Assembly: GCA_047495785.1 (NCBI GenBank) | Contig: JBLDXI010000025.1 | Location: 1,922,001 to 1,986,000 of the forward strand | Source of the DNA: Lepidodermella squamata | Lineage: Eukaryota > Animalia > Gastrotricha | Length of the DNA stretch: 64,000 bases | Direction: 5' to 3' | Shown here: positions 36,349 to 47,761 of the stretch, piece after piece | Position numbering within the stretch: position 1 is the first letter of the stretch | How the letters are laid out: each line of letters opens with the position of its first letter | Translations under genes and position numbers: made by a program | The notes under the pieces: model-generated | Told to the model about the DNA's origin: nothing | What the model saw: the letters and a program-made list of their open reading frames with translations, nothing else | Databases searched by the model: none

Positions 36349-36843
36349 TTATTGAGTCGCCATTAGACGGTTAGACAGCTTGTAATCCCGAGCAGCAGAC
36401 TGACTAGCCATTTTGTCCTCGGAGATTATGAACCCCAAATGGCCGACTGAAATCGTGGACGAGAATCCGTCAGGGTGCGGCAGAATGTTGGGGACAGGTT
36501 GATTTCGCTTGCCCCGAGGCTTCGATGAATCGCAGGATCCATCAGTTTCAAACACATCGTTGTCCACATCGCGCCAGTCGACGATGAGGCGACCGTGGGA
36601 ATCATCCAAAAACGGATTCTCGCCCAGGCTGAAAAAGGGTCGTTGCTATATAGGGAAAGAACGCGTTAATTTTCAAGCATTTGTATGAATTTTTCTTACG
36701 TCTGGGCCTGAGGATCCTGTGTATATGAAGTGAGGCTTTTCCGAGTATCCTTCAGAGCTGGGTCGGCTTTTGCAGCTCGACGACCTGCTGCGGCGTGAGG
36801 CGATTCGCGAGAAGCGCTTCTTCAGCCATCGCATTATAGCCAT
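36349..36843 (-). CDS. Small uncharacterised protein, 2 exons (MAIMRWLKKRFSR...MATQ)
   Basis: ORFs 36673-36936 and 36349-36609 join in frame through a GAC|GTAAGA...TATAG|CAA intron. Confidence 0.55.
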
Positions 36844-37434
36844 AGCTAATTTAACAAAAATCCCTCTCCTTCCGAAGGAGCAAATCAAGCGGAAAGTGAC
36901 GGAACGCCACGCTGCGAGTTCGATGATAAAGGCCATGGCGGCGATCAGATTACAATCACGCGATTAGAAAGGCGATCGCTATGTTTTATTCAATGGGATA
37001 AGCCTTGACAGTGAGATGAAATTTCGCGCGGGGTTAATCCCTGGCGTTGCCTACGGATTAATTAACTCGATAGCGCGATATATTATTTTTACCTCGACCG
37101 CGGGATTACAACTCTATTTATTCTAACCGAGAGAGGCCGTAATGCGCCTCTATAAACCTCGATCTTTTTCCAGTTAAATGATTCAGAAAATTAGTTATTT
37201 CCGAATTATAATTGCCTGGCTCATAATGATCACCTTGAAATCGGGTCTGGATTGTAAAGCACGCGTTGGTGTAGGAGAAAATAACCGCTTGATTATTGTT
37301 ATTTTCTTAATAGCTTTAATTGGGTGCAAAACCGAGAAAAGCCATTAAATCACACAAGTGGTACACGAATAGGAACACTTTCACACTGAGAGATCAGTCA
37401 AGATCTACGAATATCGAGTCAAGTTTATAGGTTT

Positions 37435-37719
37435 TCAGCAAATGAATGCGAGAGCTCCCAATCCGCTGACTTCGCCGATTTGGTCGAAGTACGACAGAAC
37501 TCGGGCGAGCTTCTCGATTCTATCGACATCCGATCGAGTCTTTCGCAGCACAGGCTTACCATCGCTTGCTGCTTCGTTCTATTGAAGAGAAATGTGAAAA
37601 CTAAATCATGACTCGACTCTAAGTTTTACCTCTTTGGTGGAGAGTCTTCGAATTTTGAATTCCAGCTTGCTCTTCTGCCTTTTGAGCCACGATCGTACTT
37701 TGTGCGCATCTGCCGGCAT
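37435..37719 (-). CDS. Small uncharacterised basic protein of about 77 aa, 2 exons (37630-37719, 37435-37578)
   Basis: MPADAHKVRSWLKRQKSKLEFKIRRLSTKE|NEAASDG...LAFIC*, joined by a phase-0 GT-AG intron; an upstream exon is possible. Confidence 0.5.
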
Positions 37720-38370
37720 TATTTCGGGTTCAAGAATGCAAACGAGTCTGTGAAATTTTGTGCCATCCGTGTGCTAAAAAATTATACCTTATATACGAAC
37801 ACACCTGTCCGTTCTCTGCACTGCCTTGCTGCTAGGCTGTCACATCTAATTTTTCAAACTTGATTATTTGGTACAGCTAATTGGGAAAATTTGACGTGAT
37901 AGCATGAAAATGGCATCACAATCTGACTTGTCTCGTTTTCAAGTGAACAACCATAATCGATTGTGTCATTTCCGCTCAACTTCAATTATTTACAGAAATT
38001 CCTATTCAATTAACTCATGTGATGTATAATTGGATTGAAATGTTTCCGGCTCTCGCGCCGTGATCTATTTTCACCGCAACACGCCTGGACGTTCATTGTT
38101 GCGTCTTACGTCGTGTTGTAATGAAAGATAAACAGTATTAACGTGCGTTATTTTTTTGGCGGAGCGCGAAAAAAGGCGTACCTTGTTGAGAGCAGGCAGA
38201 GATACAGAGATGTAAATGAATATTATCGCTGAGGGCCAAAATTGCGTTCACGCGTATTTAGTGCTATGTAAACAACGGTAGATGATGAGGATCTGCGCGC
38301 CGACATCCGCGGCGCTCACAATAGAGGTAACCGCTTGTAAAATTTGCGTTGCGAGTTTCATCGTTTCACC

Positions 38371-39315
38371 ATGGCTCATCTTGCCAGCAGTAGCAGCACT
38401 AGCACTAAGCGCAAGATCTCGGTTTCGCTGTCAGAACCGCGCGCTGGAAGTTTGAACTGCGGATCTGGCAGTGCGGCGGCGGCGGCGGCGGCCGGGTATT
38501 ACGGCGGCAACGTATGGGTACCCTCGTTTTGCGAACCGCCGCCTCCGCAGAATCTAACAATTGTTACTCGGAGTACAACACCGAAACGAGATAACAACGC
38601 ATCGCCTAACATTACACCCCCACGCAGCAGGTCGTCGAGCCGAAACCGAGTTCGCCGCATCAACTTCAACGCCCCAGCTAAAAGGCGTTCTTCGAGCGGA
38701 CGCCTGAGCAGGAAATCTGCGCTGAAAAAGCAAACAGGTGTAGAATACGAAGACGACGAAGTTTCTGCTATGATTTTCATTCCAGACTTTCGCCGAGCCG
38801 CTGTAACTGTTGGCCTATCTGGAGGTGATGAGCATCATTCAAACGGAGCCTGTAAACACCTTTTGACTGTCAAACCCTCTCCAAAGCAACGACCTGGCGA
38901 GAGGTCGATAACAGTTCAAACATCTTCAGACCCTATGCAGCAGTCGATTTCATCCTCTTTCATGGTCGGAATTGACCCGGCTCAGCTGAGCTACTACGAC
39001 ACAAACAGCCGTTCGCAATCTATCGGTAATTTGATTTTCGAGGCCTCGCCTAAACCTAGCGAAACAGGGCATAATCGTTGCGAGAGTTCGTCCTCAACCA
39101 GCAAGACGCCAGCAGCGTCTAATTGCAGTAATTGTTGCTGCTGCGCAAGAGACTCGCCCGGGCGGTGCGCTCGCATTCTCTCCTCGATTTTGCTCATAAT
39201 TTTAGGCTGCATACTTTTAACGCTAGTCTTCGCAATATGCCTGTCACCTGTCATCGAACCGTACGTCGAAAGTCTGACAGCAGCGTGGCGACAACTGATC
39301 CGCGCAGAGCCATGA
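38371..39315 (+). CDS. Orphan protein with a single C-terminal TM, WVPSFCE motif and Cys-rich juxtamembrane segment
   Basis: Long ORF, disordered Ser/Arg-rich body, CSNCCCC before a hydrophobic helix. Confidence 0.7.
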   Translation: MAHLASSSSTSTKRKISVSLSEPRAGSLNCGSGSAAAAAAAGYYGGNVWVPSFCEPPPPQNLTIVTRSTTPKRDNNASPNITPPRSRSSSRNRVRRINFNAPAKRRSSSGRLSRKSALKKQTGVEYEDDEVSAMIFIPDFRRAAVTVGLSGGDEHHSNGACKHLLTVKPSPKQRPGERSITVQTSSDPMQQSISSSFMVGIDPAQLSYYDTNSRSQSIGNLIFEASPKPSETGHNRCESSSSTSKTPAASNCSNCCCCARDSPGRCARILSSILLIILGCILLTLVFAICLSPVIEPYVESLTAAWRQLIRAEP

Positions 39316-39741
39316 GGCGCAACAAATTAGCTTCGTCCTATTTTTACGCAGCTATTTTCAGCATGTCCACATGTGATTGCCGGGCACCGGCGTTATTTTT
39401 AGCACTCGAGAAAAACCCTGTTGTTTAGCGCAGCCTCGTTTGCAGCTGTGAGGCCCACTATTGATAATCAACCTTTGTTTTCAATGAGATACTCACTGAG
39501 TGAATTTTCGATATGGTTAAGAACAATAAATCAAGATAATGCTATATTCATATGAGTTTTTTCTGTTGTGTGTGTGTGTATGAAGAAAAAGGCTTCAGGC
39601 CAAGGTGGCGAGAAATAACAATCTATCGGAATGTTATTTTTACAAAAACGGCAAATAATAATGGTTTTTCGCCGCCTTTACATCCACAGCCTGGTACCTA
39701 GAAGATATAACATTTTCGCGTATAATTTGCTTAAAAATAGG

Positions 39742-40575
39742 ATGCGAAGCTCTCAGGAGGCAAAAATTCATTTCCGCACACAGCGCTGGGTGCCGTCGTT
39801 CTGCGAGGCGCCGATGCCGCAGCTAGAAGAAGCAAAGGAGGAAAATGTATACGAAGCTCCCGCTTTGGCCGTTGACGAAGATTTAGATTATCTCAGAAGT
39901 GGAACGATGTCCCAGCAAGATACCATCTGCACTGACCCACGCACACCGCCCCCTCCACCGGAATTTCGTTGCGGAAGCTCGTTGGCGCGAAATGTCTCTA
40001 GTCTCAACACTTTACCTCGAGTCAGCCCACACCACTGCATTGAAGGGTCTCATCCTGTGCTGAATACAGATGAACCCTGCAGTCACACCAATCAGTCCCA
40101 TTCGATTGTCTACTGCAGCCATCACCACTATCACTACTACAACGGTGAGGCGCCGAGTATACCAGATGTTAATCTGAGAGGGAGTTACCGCCGAGCTGTG
40201 ACGTCTTTCATACCTGTCGGCGAGCCGAAGTCAAAACGGCGTGGTTTTTCACCCCTAATATGCATTCAAGTAGCTTGTTTGAGACTGTGTTGGTTTCGTA
40301 ATGACTCGGACGAGTCAGAGAGTGACTCTGACAGTGAGCATAGCAGCCGATTTTTTTCGTCGAACCGCTGTTACAAAGTTCTTGCAATTGTTATCGCAAT
40401 CATTTTCGCTATTTTTGTGCTGAATATCATTGCTGGCATATCAATCAACCAAATACTACCCCGCGATTTCTCCGAACACCTACGGCCTTCCCACAACACG
40501 ACGACAATGCTTGAGGACGCTAATTCGAGCGTTCCTGAGATTGAGATAGACATTTTTAGGCTGGCTAACATCTGA
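39742..40575 (+). CDS. Orphan single-TM protein, probable paralog of 38371-39315
   Basis: WVPSFCEAP motif near the N-terminus; Cys cluster (CIQVACLRLC, RCY) then TM (VLAIVIAIIFAIFVLNIIAGI); NxT/S sites after the TM; AATAAA just after the stop. Confidence 0.7.
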   Translation: MRSSQEAKIHFRTQRWVPSFCEAPMPQLEEAKEENVYEAPALAVDEDLDYLRSGTMSQQDTICTDPRTPPPPPEFRCGSSLARNVSSLNTLPRVSPHHCIEGSHPVLNTDEPCSHTNQSHSIVYCSHHHYHYYNGEAPSIPDVNLRGSYRRAVTSFIPVGEPKSKRRGFSPLICIQVACLRLCWFRNDSDESESDSDSEHSSRFFSSNRCYKVLAIVIAIIFAIFVLNIIAGISINQILPRDFSEHLRPSHNTTTMLEDANSSVPEIEIDIFRLANI

Positions 40576-41581
40576 ATAAAACTGATTGTTTATTATATCG
40601 GTTCTAATTGAGTGATTCAGTGTTGGATAGCAGCGTAGTAATGCAGTGCTGATGAATTACTCGGAGCTGTAGTAGGTTGAGTATTTGGTAAACACTCAAC
40701 CGCGTGGTCTACATATGTCTAAGATTTAATCCGGAACATTTCCGAACAGCGCCTGCTGTGGCGCCGAAACATTGGCGGAGAAAGAAGCAAGCGGTTCTAG
40801 GTGTATCCATAGCTGCTGCCCGGCGCATTCACGCGCGCTCTACGCATCAAATGTATAACAATACAATAAAAAATGTTTCGATTGAGAACGGAGAAGGAAT
40901 GATGGCTGCGATCATCTGAAACAACAAAGCATTATATTTCAATAAAGAAATGCGCTTGATGCGAAGAAAAATCAAACAAGCCAAAATAGAACGCGGTGTG
41001 TGTGTATGTATGCCTTTTACTGCCAGCTTTTATCTAATTCAAGGTGTAATAACAAACTTTTTTATCCTGAAAGCGTTAAACTGATTCGGGGCCACTTTCA
41101 CTGCCGCAAGTGCAGATTTGCAGGTTTTGCAACCGCAATACCATAATCCATAATTTCAATCCATATCCATTATCTTAAGATTGCCCAATTTTAAATGTTT
41201 ATATTGAATTCGAATCGGGTCGACTTCCTTTTAGCTTCAGAGCGTTTTAAATAGCGAATATTGCGATTATAAGGCAGCACTAAATCTGGTGATGGCCAGC
41301 GTCCTCTTTGAAAATTAGAGAATCCTAGAATTTTATGGAACTGCAAGGCTTATGTAAGGATTATGCAACGTTGAAATATTTTCAAAGCTTTCGCGAACTT
41401 TCCGCAACTGTCCTTATTCTCTTCGCTATTCTATTCCCTATTATCCCTGTTCTTTTACTCGAGGTTTGGCCGTATTTTCAGTCCTTTCTCCTATCACCTA
41501 TAAACTTGTTCTTCCTTGGTCATGGAAATACCAATAATTTTAGGGACAGTTTTATTTTTTTGTAGGCTTTAGAATTAAAAA

Positions 41582-41815
41582 ATCGCTTGTTGCTGGGAAA
41601 ATCCACAGCGGCGCGTCAGAATTCTGGCGGCCGCGCTGTGGCTCATTCTAGGCATTATCCTCGTCAGCGTAATCATCGGTGTCGTCGTCAAAGCTCGCGA
41701 TGGCCTTCACCGACACAAACTAACGCACACTGACGACGAAGTTATCAGCCCGGATGGCACGCACGAGGACGGCAGCGAGACAAAAACGCTGTGGCAATTC
41801 TTTGCACGACAGTAA
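41582..41815 (+). other. Orphan coding-like exon encoding CC plus a TM helix (IACCWENPQRRVRILAAALWLILGIILVSVIIGVVV...FARQ*)
   Basis: GC-rich open frame of about 77 codons with no ATG; in-frame TAA just upstream; upstream exon not identified. Confidence 0.4.
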
Positions 41816-42107
41816 CACTTTATTGTTCACTGTTAACAGTCAAACAATCAAAAAATGATGTGTATTTACAAGATTATTTTCAAGCATCTCATTGTACTTT
41901 TCAGGTATCTACAAATGCGTGTGGAAAAATAAAAGACGGTAATAACATTGATAAAAAGCCTTAGAAAATAGAAAATTCACCGAGACGACAAGAATTGATA
42001 AATAACACATGCATGACGTGAAAACGAACATAAAAACACTGCTTTTTAGCAAACAATCGGCTAAGATGTTCTCGGCGAATCTTGAAATTGCGACTGGGTT
42101 GTTTTTT

Positions 42108-44126
42108 TCAGTAGAGACCTTGGATTCTTGCGGTGGGATTGAGACGTATCCAAGTTGAGACCAGTGTCGCATCTCGATTTGGGGTCATCCTCTCGCAGGA
42201 GAACATCAGCTCACAGAAGCCGGTGGTGTAGAACGCGAAAAATTTACAACGGGGAGTGAAGTCCTCACATTGATAGGCGCATTCATCGGCACTAGAGGCC
42301 CGGTCTCGCGCGAATAGACTGCCTTGGTCGCACATCCATTCAATTTGGCGGTATCCGGTCTCCAGAATGGGAGGAACCCATGCTTGAGGGGCAGCAGCTG
42401 AAAAACAAGGAAAGCGTGTAAAAGCCCTAATTGTCAAAATTAAACAATTTTTTACGTGGCTACTACAAATTTTTTACGCCTATCATGCTATTTTGCCGCT
42501 GTTGCTGCTGGTCAGTGCGCGTTAATTGTCTTATAATCCTATTGGTCGGCCATTAAGTTTAGTTCCTACTTACCTAGCTAGCACAGAAACTCGGCGTAAC
42601 TTAAATCCACCGATGTGTTATGCGTTTTTAATTTTGTCTTTTAATGTGTAATGACTGTGGTCAACAAGTTACGTACGAATAAAAAACATGGTATTAACTG
42701 AATTCAACGTTAAAAAAAGAATAATGGCTCTAAGCGAAGTGTAACTAAATAAAGAGAACTCCATTGAAAAATGTCAAATTCCCAACGTTTCTAGAAAAAT
42801 TCAAACGAAGGAGGCTTAATATGATTGGAGAGAAGCTGGAATTAGATTGCATTTCCAAAAATCTATAAAACCAATAGTAAATTTACCAGTTGTGGTTGTA
42901 GTTGCTTCCGTGGGCGCGAAGGACTTAAGCGTACGGTACCTTACAGACGGCTTGAAAAAGAAGTAAAAGGCTAGCTTTGTAAATCTTCAGCTTCTTCAAT
43001 GCATACGTACCTCAGTCACAGTTCGTGTCCATGATTCGATGTGGTTAACTCGATCATAAGCGCTGATAGCGAGAGGGTCGCCCGAGCAGTTGTACTTCAA
43101 CTCACATCTGTTACCCTTGTAGTAAGAAATCGCTCCACAGAGCGGTTGGAAGCTGTCGCAGATTATCATGCAGTCCTGAAGAGTATAAGTATCACGTCGG
43201 CCGTAGACTTCTCCGGGGCATATACCAGCTAGTTTCGTATATTTCGCCAATACACTCCTCAGATACATTTCCTGAGCCGGAGAATTAGTTACTGGTTCCA
43301 TTATAGCGTTGGTTGTACGTCTTCTCCTTGTTGCTGGAGGCTCAGTTGTCGGCTGAGTAGTCGGCATTTCAGGAGTTGTTGTCCTCCGCCGCCGCGTCGC
43401 CCAAAATGTGGTTGCGTCATTCAAATCAATTGTTGCCGGTGTGTCTTGTGTTGTAACTCGCGGAACAACGTTGTAGCGAATAGGTCGGTTAGTGATGATT
43501 TGAATAGCTGGACCTTGGTTTGCATTTTGGCCAGCGCAAGTATTCAAACATGTGATCTCGTCGTCAAAGCCAGCCGGAGCGTTTTGTCGGCAATCAATCA
43601 CTTGGCCACATCGCTGGTATTGCGGGTTGTAAAAATAACGAAAAACTCCTGTTCTGCCGGGATAGCAAGTGCTGTCATCAGGCTGAAGGCAAAGCTGAGG
43701 AATATCTAAGAATCAGGGGATATAATAACAAAATTCTGGGGATAGGGAAGTTCAACTTGGAATTATGCGCTGGACTTGTGGGAGTGGCGTTGGAGTGATC
43801 ACTCTGGCTATAACACTGAGCCCTGGCTTTGCTACAACAGCTCCATTTTGAGCCACTCTCACGCCCATGCAAGCCTGAATGCAGTCCTCCTGGGTTGTGA
43901 ACTGGTTTTCATTGCCCCCACAGCCGGTGTAGTAAAATTCGGTGCAGGCTGCTCTTCTCGCGTCGTAGTAGTAGAGCCGATAAAAGCCATTGCAGGTACC
44001 TGGGTCGGGTGTTCGCAGGCAGTCTGTTTGCCGGTCGAATGATTCAACGAGTTTGAATGACAAAATGATTAACTGGATGGCTACTACTGCCCAATCGGAA
44101 CTTGAGAGTGGCCAGCGGCGAGTCAT
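42108..44126 (-). CDS. Secreted Kunitz-Kunitz-mucin-PAN-PAN protein; multi-exon
   Basis: Signal peptide; Kunitz C...GTC...YYYD....C..F.YTGCGGNENQF.T...C...C; degenerate second Kunitz (CLQPDDSTC...RYFYN....C); Thr-rich linker; two PAN/apple-like modules (C-x3-C...C..ISY/FAF...CEL). Confidence 0.85.
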
Positions 44127-45599
44127 TTAATATTTACGACTGTTTTTTTCACTCTAGATGTTTCAGACCCGCATTTAGTAAAGCAATTATACAGAAGCTA
44201 CATTAATATACCTTATAGAGACTTGCGACAACGCCACCTGCTGCAAACTTTTCACCCACAACTTGCCGACGTAGTGTGTTTATATATTTTTATTTTGTGT
44301 ATATTTTAGCCGCTAAATAATCGCCGATGGTCAGACGACGTTTTTTCGCCTTTGTGTGTTCACTTTCTAACACGTAGCCGCAACATCATGCAAATTAACA
44401 TTTTTTCATCGCCTCTGGCTATTCCACTTGCAGCCCAACACCTAAATAGCCAGCACGAGCGCCTTACGCGCCTACCTGGACAGCAGCGCCGTTGCAATAT
44501 ACAAGAATTATCATGATATGTGTTAATCGGAGGCTCGTGCCGCCTGCTGGCACTTGTCAACGCCGCTCATCGAGCGCGTTTTTTTTCGTGTTTCTTATTA
44601 GTATTATTCCAGCTCATCATCAATCAACGTATGCAAAAAAAGGATTTACACTTTACACGATACGTTAAGTATGGCTTAGATGTGTGTGTACAAGGCTGTA
44701 ACATCATGTTGAGTGCCACCTCCACTGTAATACGATTAGCCCCACGATTTTTAAGTGCCGTCGGCGTAAACATTGGCCGAAATATATTAGAGCGTAAGCG
44801 ATACCACACCAGAGTATCTAAATAAAAAATAGCTTCAGAATAATGAATAGCCGAGCATTCTCGAGATGTCAAAATAGCTATGGTCTTTCCATGTCTCTTC
44901 AAGACCTCAATTTCGAGCCACGAATTTAATTTCATTTTTTTTCATTAAATTTTGAATAGAACAAATATAAAGAGAAATGTAATAGAAGACAGTTATGTAT
45001 TCCCTCACTCGAGGGACAAATCAATCGATAGAGAGACAACGATTCACAAAAATGTTCATGAAAAACGGCTGAAAGATGAATGCTGCTAACTAGCGAGACA
45101 ATGAACCCATCGCCATTTTTCGCGTCATCGATCTTGAGAGGAGAAAATCCGCCTTAAAAATAGCGCCTCTGAATTGAGCGAGGTGCCACCCAAACGCGAT
45201 AACGACCACCCATTGCCTTTTTTACATTTCTATCGATATTATTTATGCAATTAACTAGTCACCAGTTTTATATAATATACAAGCCGCACGATGGGCACTT
45301 ACAGCCGCAATAGAATATGAAGCGTTGTGTGGATTCTGCGAGAGAGCCCGTGGCTTTAATTGATAAACAAAGAGCGATATAAATAATATTTTCATAACGC
45401 GCGGCAGTTACGCGTGCGTATAATTTGTGTGTAAGCTAATCACCCGCACGTCCGCAACGATGGCGGGCGGTCTTTATTACTTACCATGGATCTTCGTAAG
45501 AAACTGAAACCATTCAGTCTCTTCATAGTAATTTTCCCACACAAATTGCTATATGTTTCCCGCCTGTAACAAGTCCTTTCTCTGGCTAATTCAGCACTC

Positions 45600-47749
45600 A
45601 TGCCTACCCCAATTGTAGTGTCGGCCAAGCTCTTGCTATGGGCAGCAGTCGTGTTGGCGGATGAACTTGAATGGCGGACTACTGTCAATCCTTCAGGTTT
45701 AAATCATACTCAATAACCTTATCCCGAGAATGTCATCATTACTTGTATTCAAGGTACTACTAAGGGTGCAGAGAGAAATAGGGAACAGGCGCTATTGCAT
45801 GGTCGACTTCCTTTCACTAAGCTGTTGCAGGATCATTCCGGCGAGCATCAGTTACACGAAGCTCTCTTTGCGAAAGGGCGTTATCAAAAAAGCATCAGGC
45901 CAATTTTCGATCACTCAAAAGCAATGAAGGTTCGCATTGGAATGAGCATCTTGACAATAGACGACATCGTAAGGACTTCCATTCCCTAATGATTGTGCTA
46001 TTCATCAGAGACAATGTTGACTAGGTTGAGACCGATCAAGCCATGATAACATCCGGATGTGTGAAAATGGTAAGCTGGTAAATTATCCCGATAGATTTAT
46101 AAATTATACTGTTTTCCAGAGATGGAATGATGAATTTCTGGCCTGGTCTCCTGAAAAGTACAACAACGTTTCTTGGCTCGCGCTTCCTAGGTAAACCTTA
46201 GATAAAATTATTTCGCCCTGAAGTAACCTTGACTAACTGTTTCTAGCTCACAAATATGGACTCCAGGTAAATCCACCTTACAATGAAGATAGAATGGTTG
46301 TTCAGTTGTTCCAATTCAAGATATCGCCATGATCAACAGTGCGGATCCGTATCACATCACTCGGAAGACAGCCTTTACAGAGATCGCTCACACAGGGGAT
46401 GTCGGGTGAGTTCACAATGTCTCCCAAGTTTTATTAACTGACTAGCAGATTGAAAATCTATCTAGATATTATCCCAGTGGCCGCTTTTCGACGAGATGCG
46501 CCATCACTTTGACTTATTTCCCTTTCGACTTGCAAAAGTGCGATTTCCTCTTCGAGTCATGGGTATTCCCTACTGAGCGTCTCACTATCGAGGCAATGGA
46601 CCCAGATCCTGTAGATATGAAGGGTTTCTTCGCTAATCACCAATGGTATGATGTTTAACCTGCAATTTGAGCTCTGTTTGAATCCTACAAACATTTGAAG
46701 GGAACTCATGAATCACTCTGTGAAGAATGGCCAGTTATCCTACGATGGACTGGCCTTTTCCACGGTCAGATTTAGGTTTTTCTTCCGAAGGAGGACGCTT
46801 TATTACCGGGTCCTGTCTGTTTTGCCGTGCAGTGCTATGAGCTTACTTCAAGTTTTTAGTCACACGTTACCTGTGGAGCATCCGGCTCGAATGGCTCTTC
46901 TCACGGCCCTATTTATCGCTTCCTCCCTAATTCAAAGCACCCTATCGACTCAGATGCCGAAATCGAGGTAATCACTTTAAAGCCAAAAAATGTGAGCTGA
47001 ATTTTGGGATTTTTTTCCAGCGATGGTCTCACCTTGCTGCGTAAGTTGCATCCATCTCAAACTTAACTTCAGCTTCATCGCGCAAACTTTCAGAAATTTA
47101 TCTTATGGAGTTTTCCGTCAGCCTGATATTTTCAATGATTGTTACGATGATTCATGTAAGATTTCATTGCCATCGCCACATTTTCTAACACTTGCAAATT
47201 CAGATTCACGCTTACTTTCGCGTTCCATCGAAAACAAAACCAACGATTTTTGAGCTGCTAGGTTCATTCATGGCAGATACAAGCGGCGATAAGCAGCCTA
47301 TAAACGAAGAAGCAACAACTTGCTGTGTGTCTTCCGAAAGCTGCGAAGGATTTCGAAGGAGGGTGATGATTAGATACATCATGTGCTGTCCGGCCATTGT
47401 CACTCACATGCGGCGAAGATCTGCTTTGGGCCACCAGCCGCATGGTTCAGGAATGCTGGTCAGGAGACGGCAATCTGCCCCACCCAGACTGGAATCAAGT
47501 CTCCGTCTGAAAACGCCACCGCCTGTCAATGATCTGGCTGTTGAAGAGGAGGCGGAATCTACGAAAACTGAACTCTCCCTTGATGATAGGAAAAACGTGT
47601 GGCTGAAGTTCACTCTATTCAACGACAAAGTGATTCTGTACGCATTGGGGACTTTCAATTTCCTATTTCCAATTTTAATGTTTGGAATCTCGCCGTATCA
47701 TCAGGACATTTTTAAAGATGACGACATGAAATTCGCTGGCAATGAGTAA
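45600..47749 (+). CDS. Nicotinic acetylcholine receptor-like (non-alpha) Cys-loop subunit with a PAR motif; about 10 exons
   Basis: YQKSIRP, WNDEFLAW.PEKY, IWTPDI, Cys-loop CAITLTYFPFDLQKC, ESW, FFRRRTLYY, M1-M2 LPVEHPAR, long M3-M4 loop; no loop-C CC. Confidence 0.9.
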
Positions 47750-47761
47750 AATTCAAATTTA

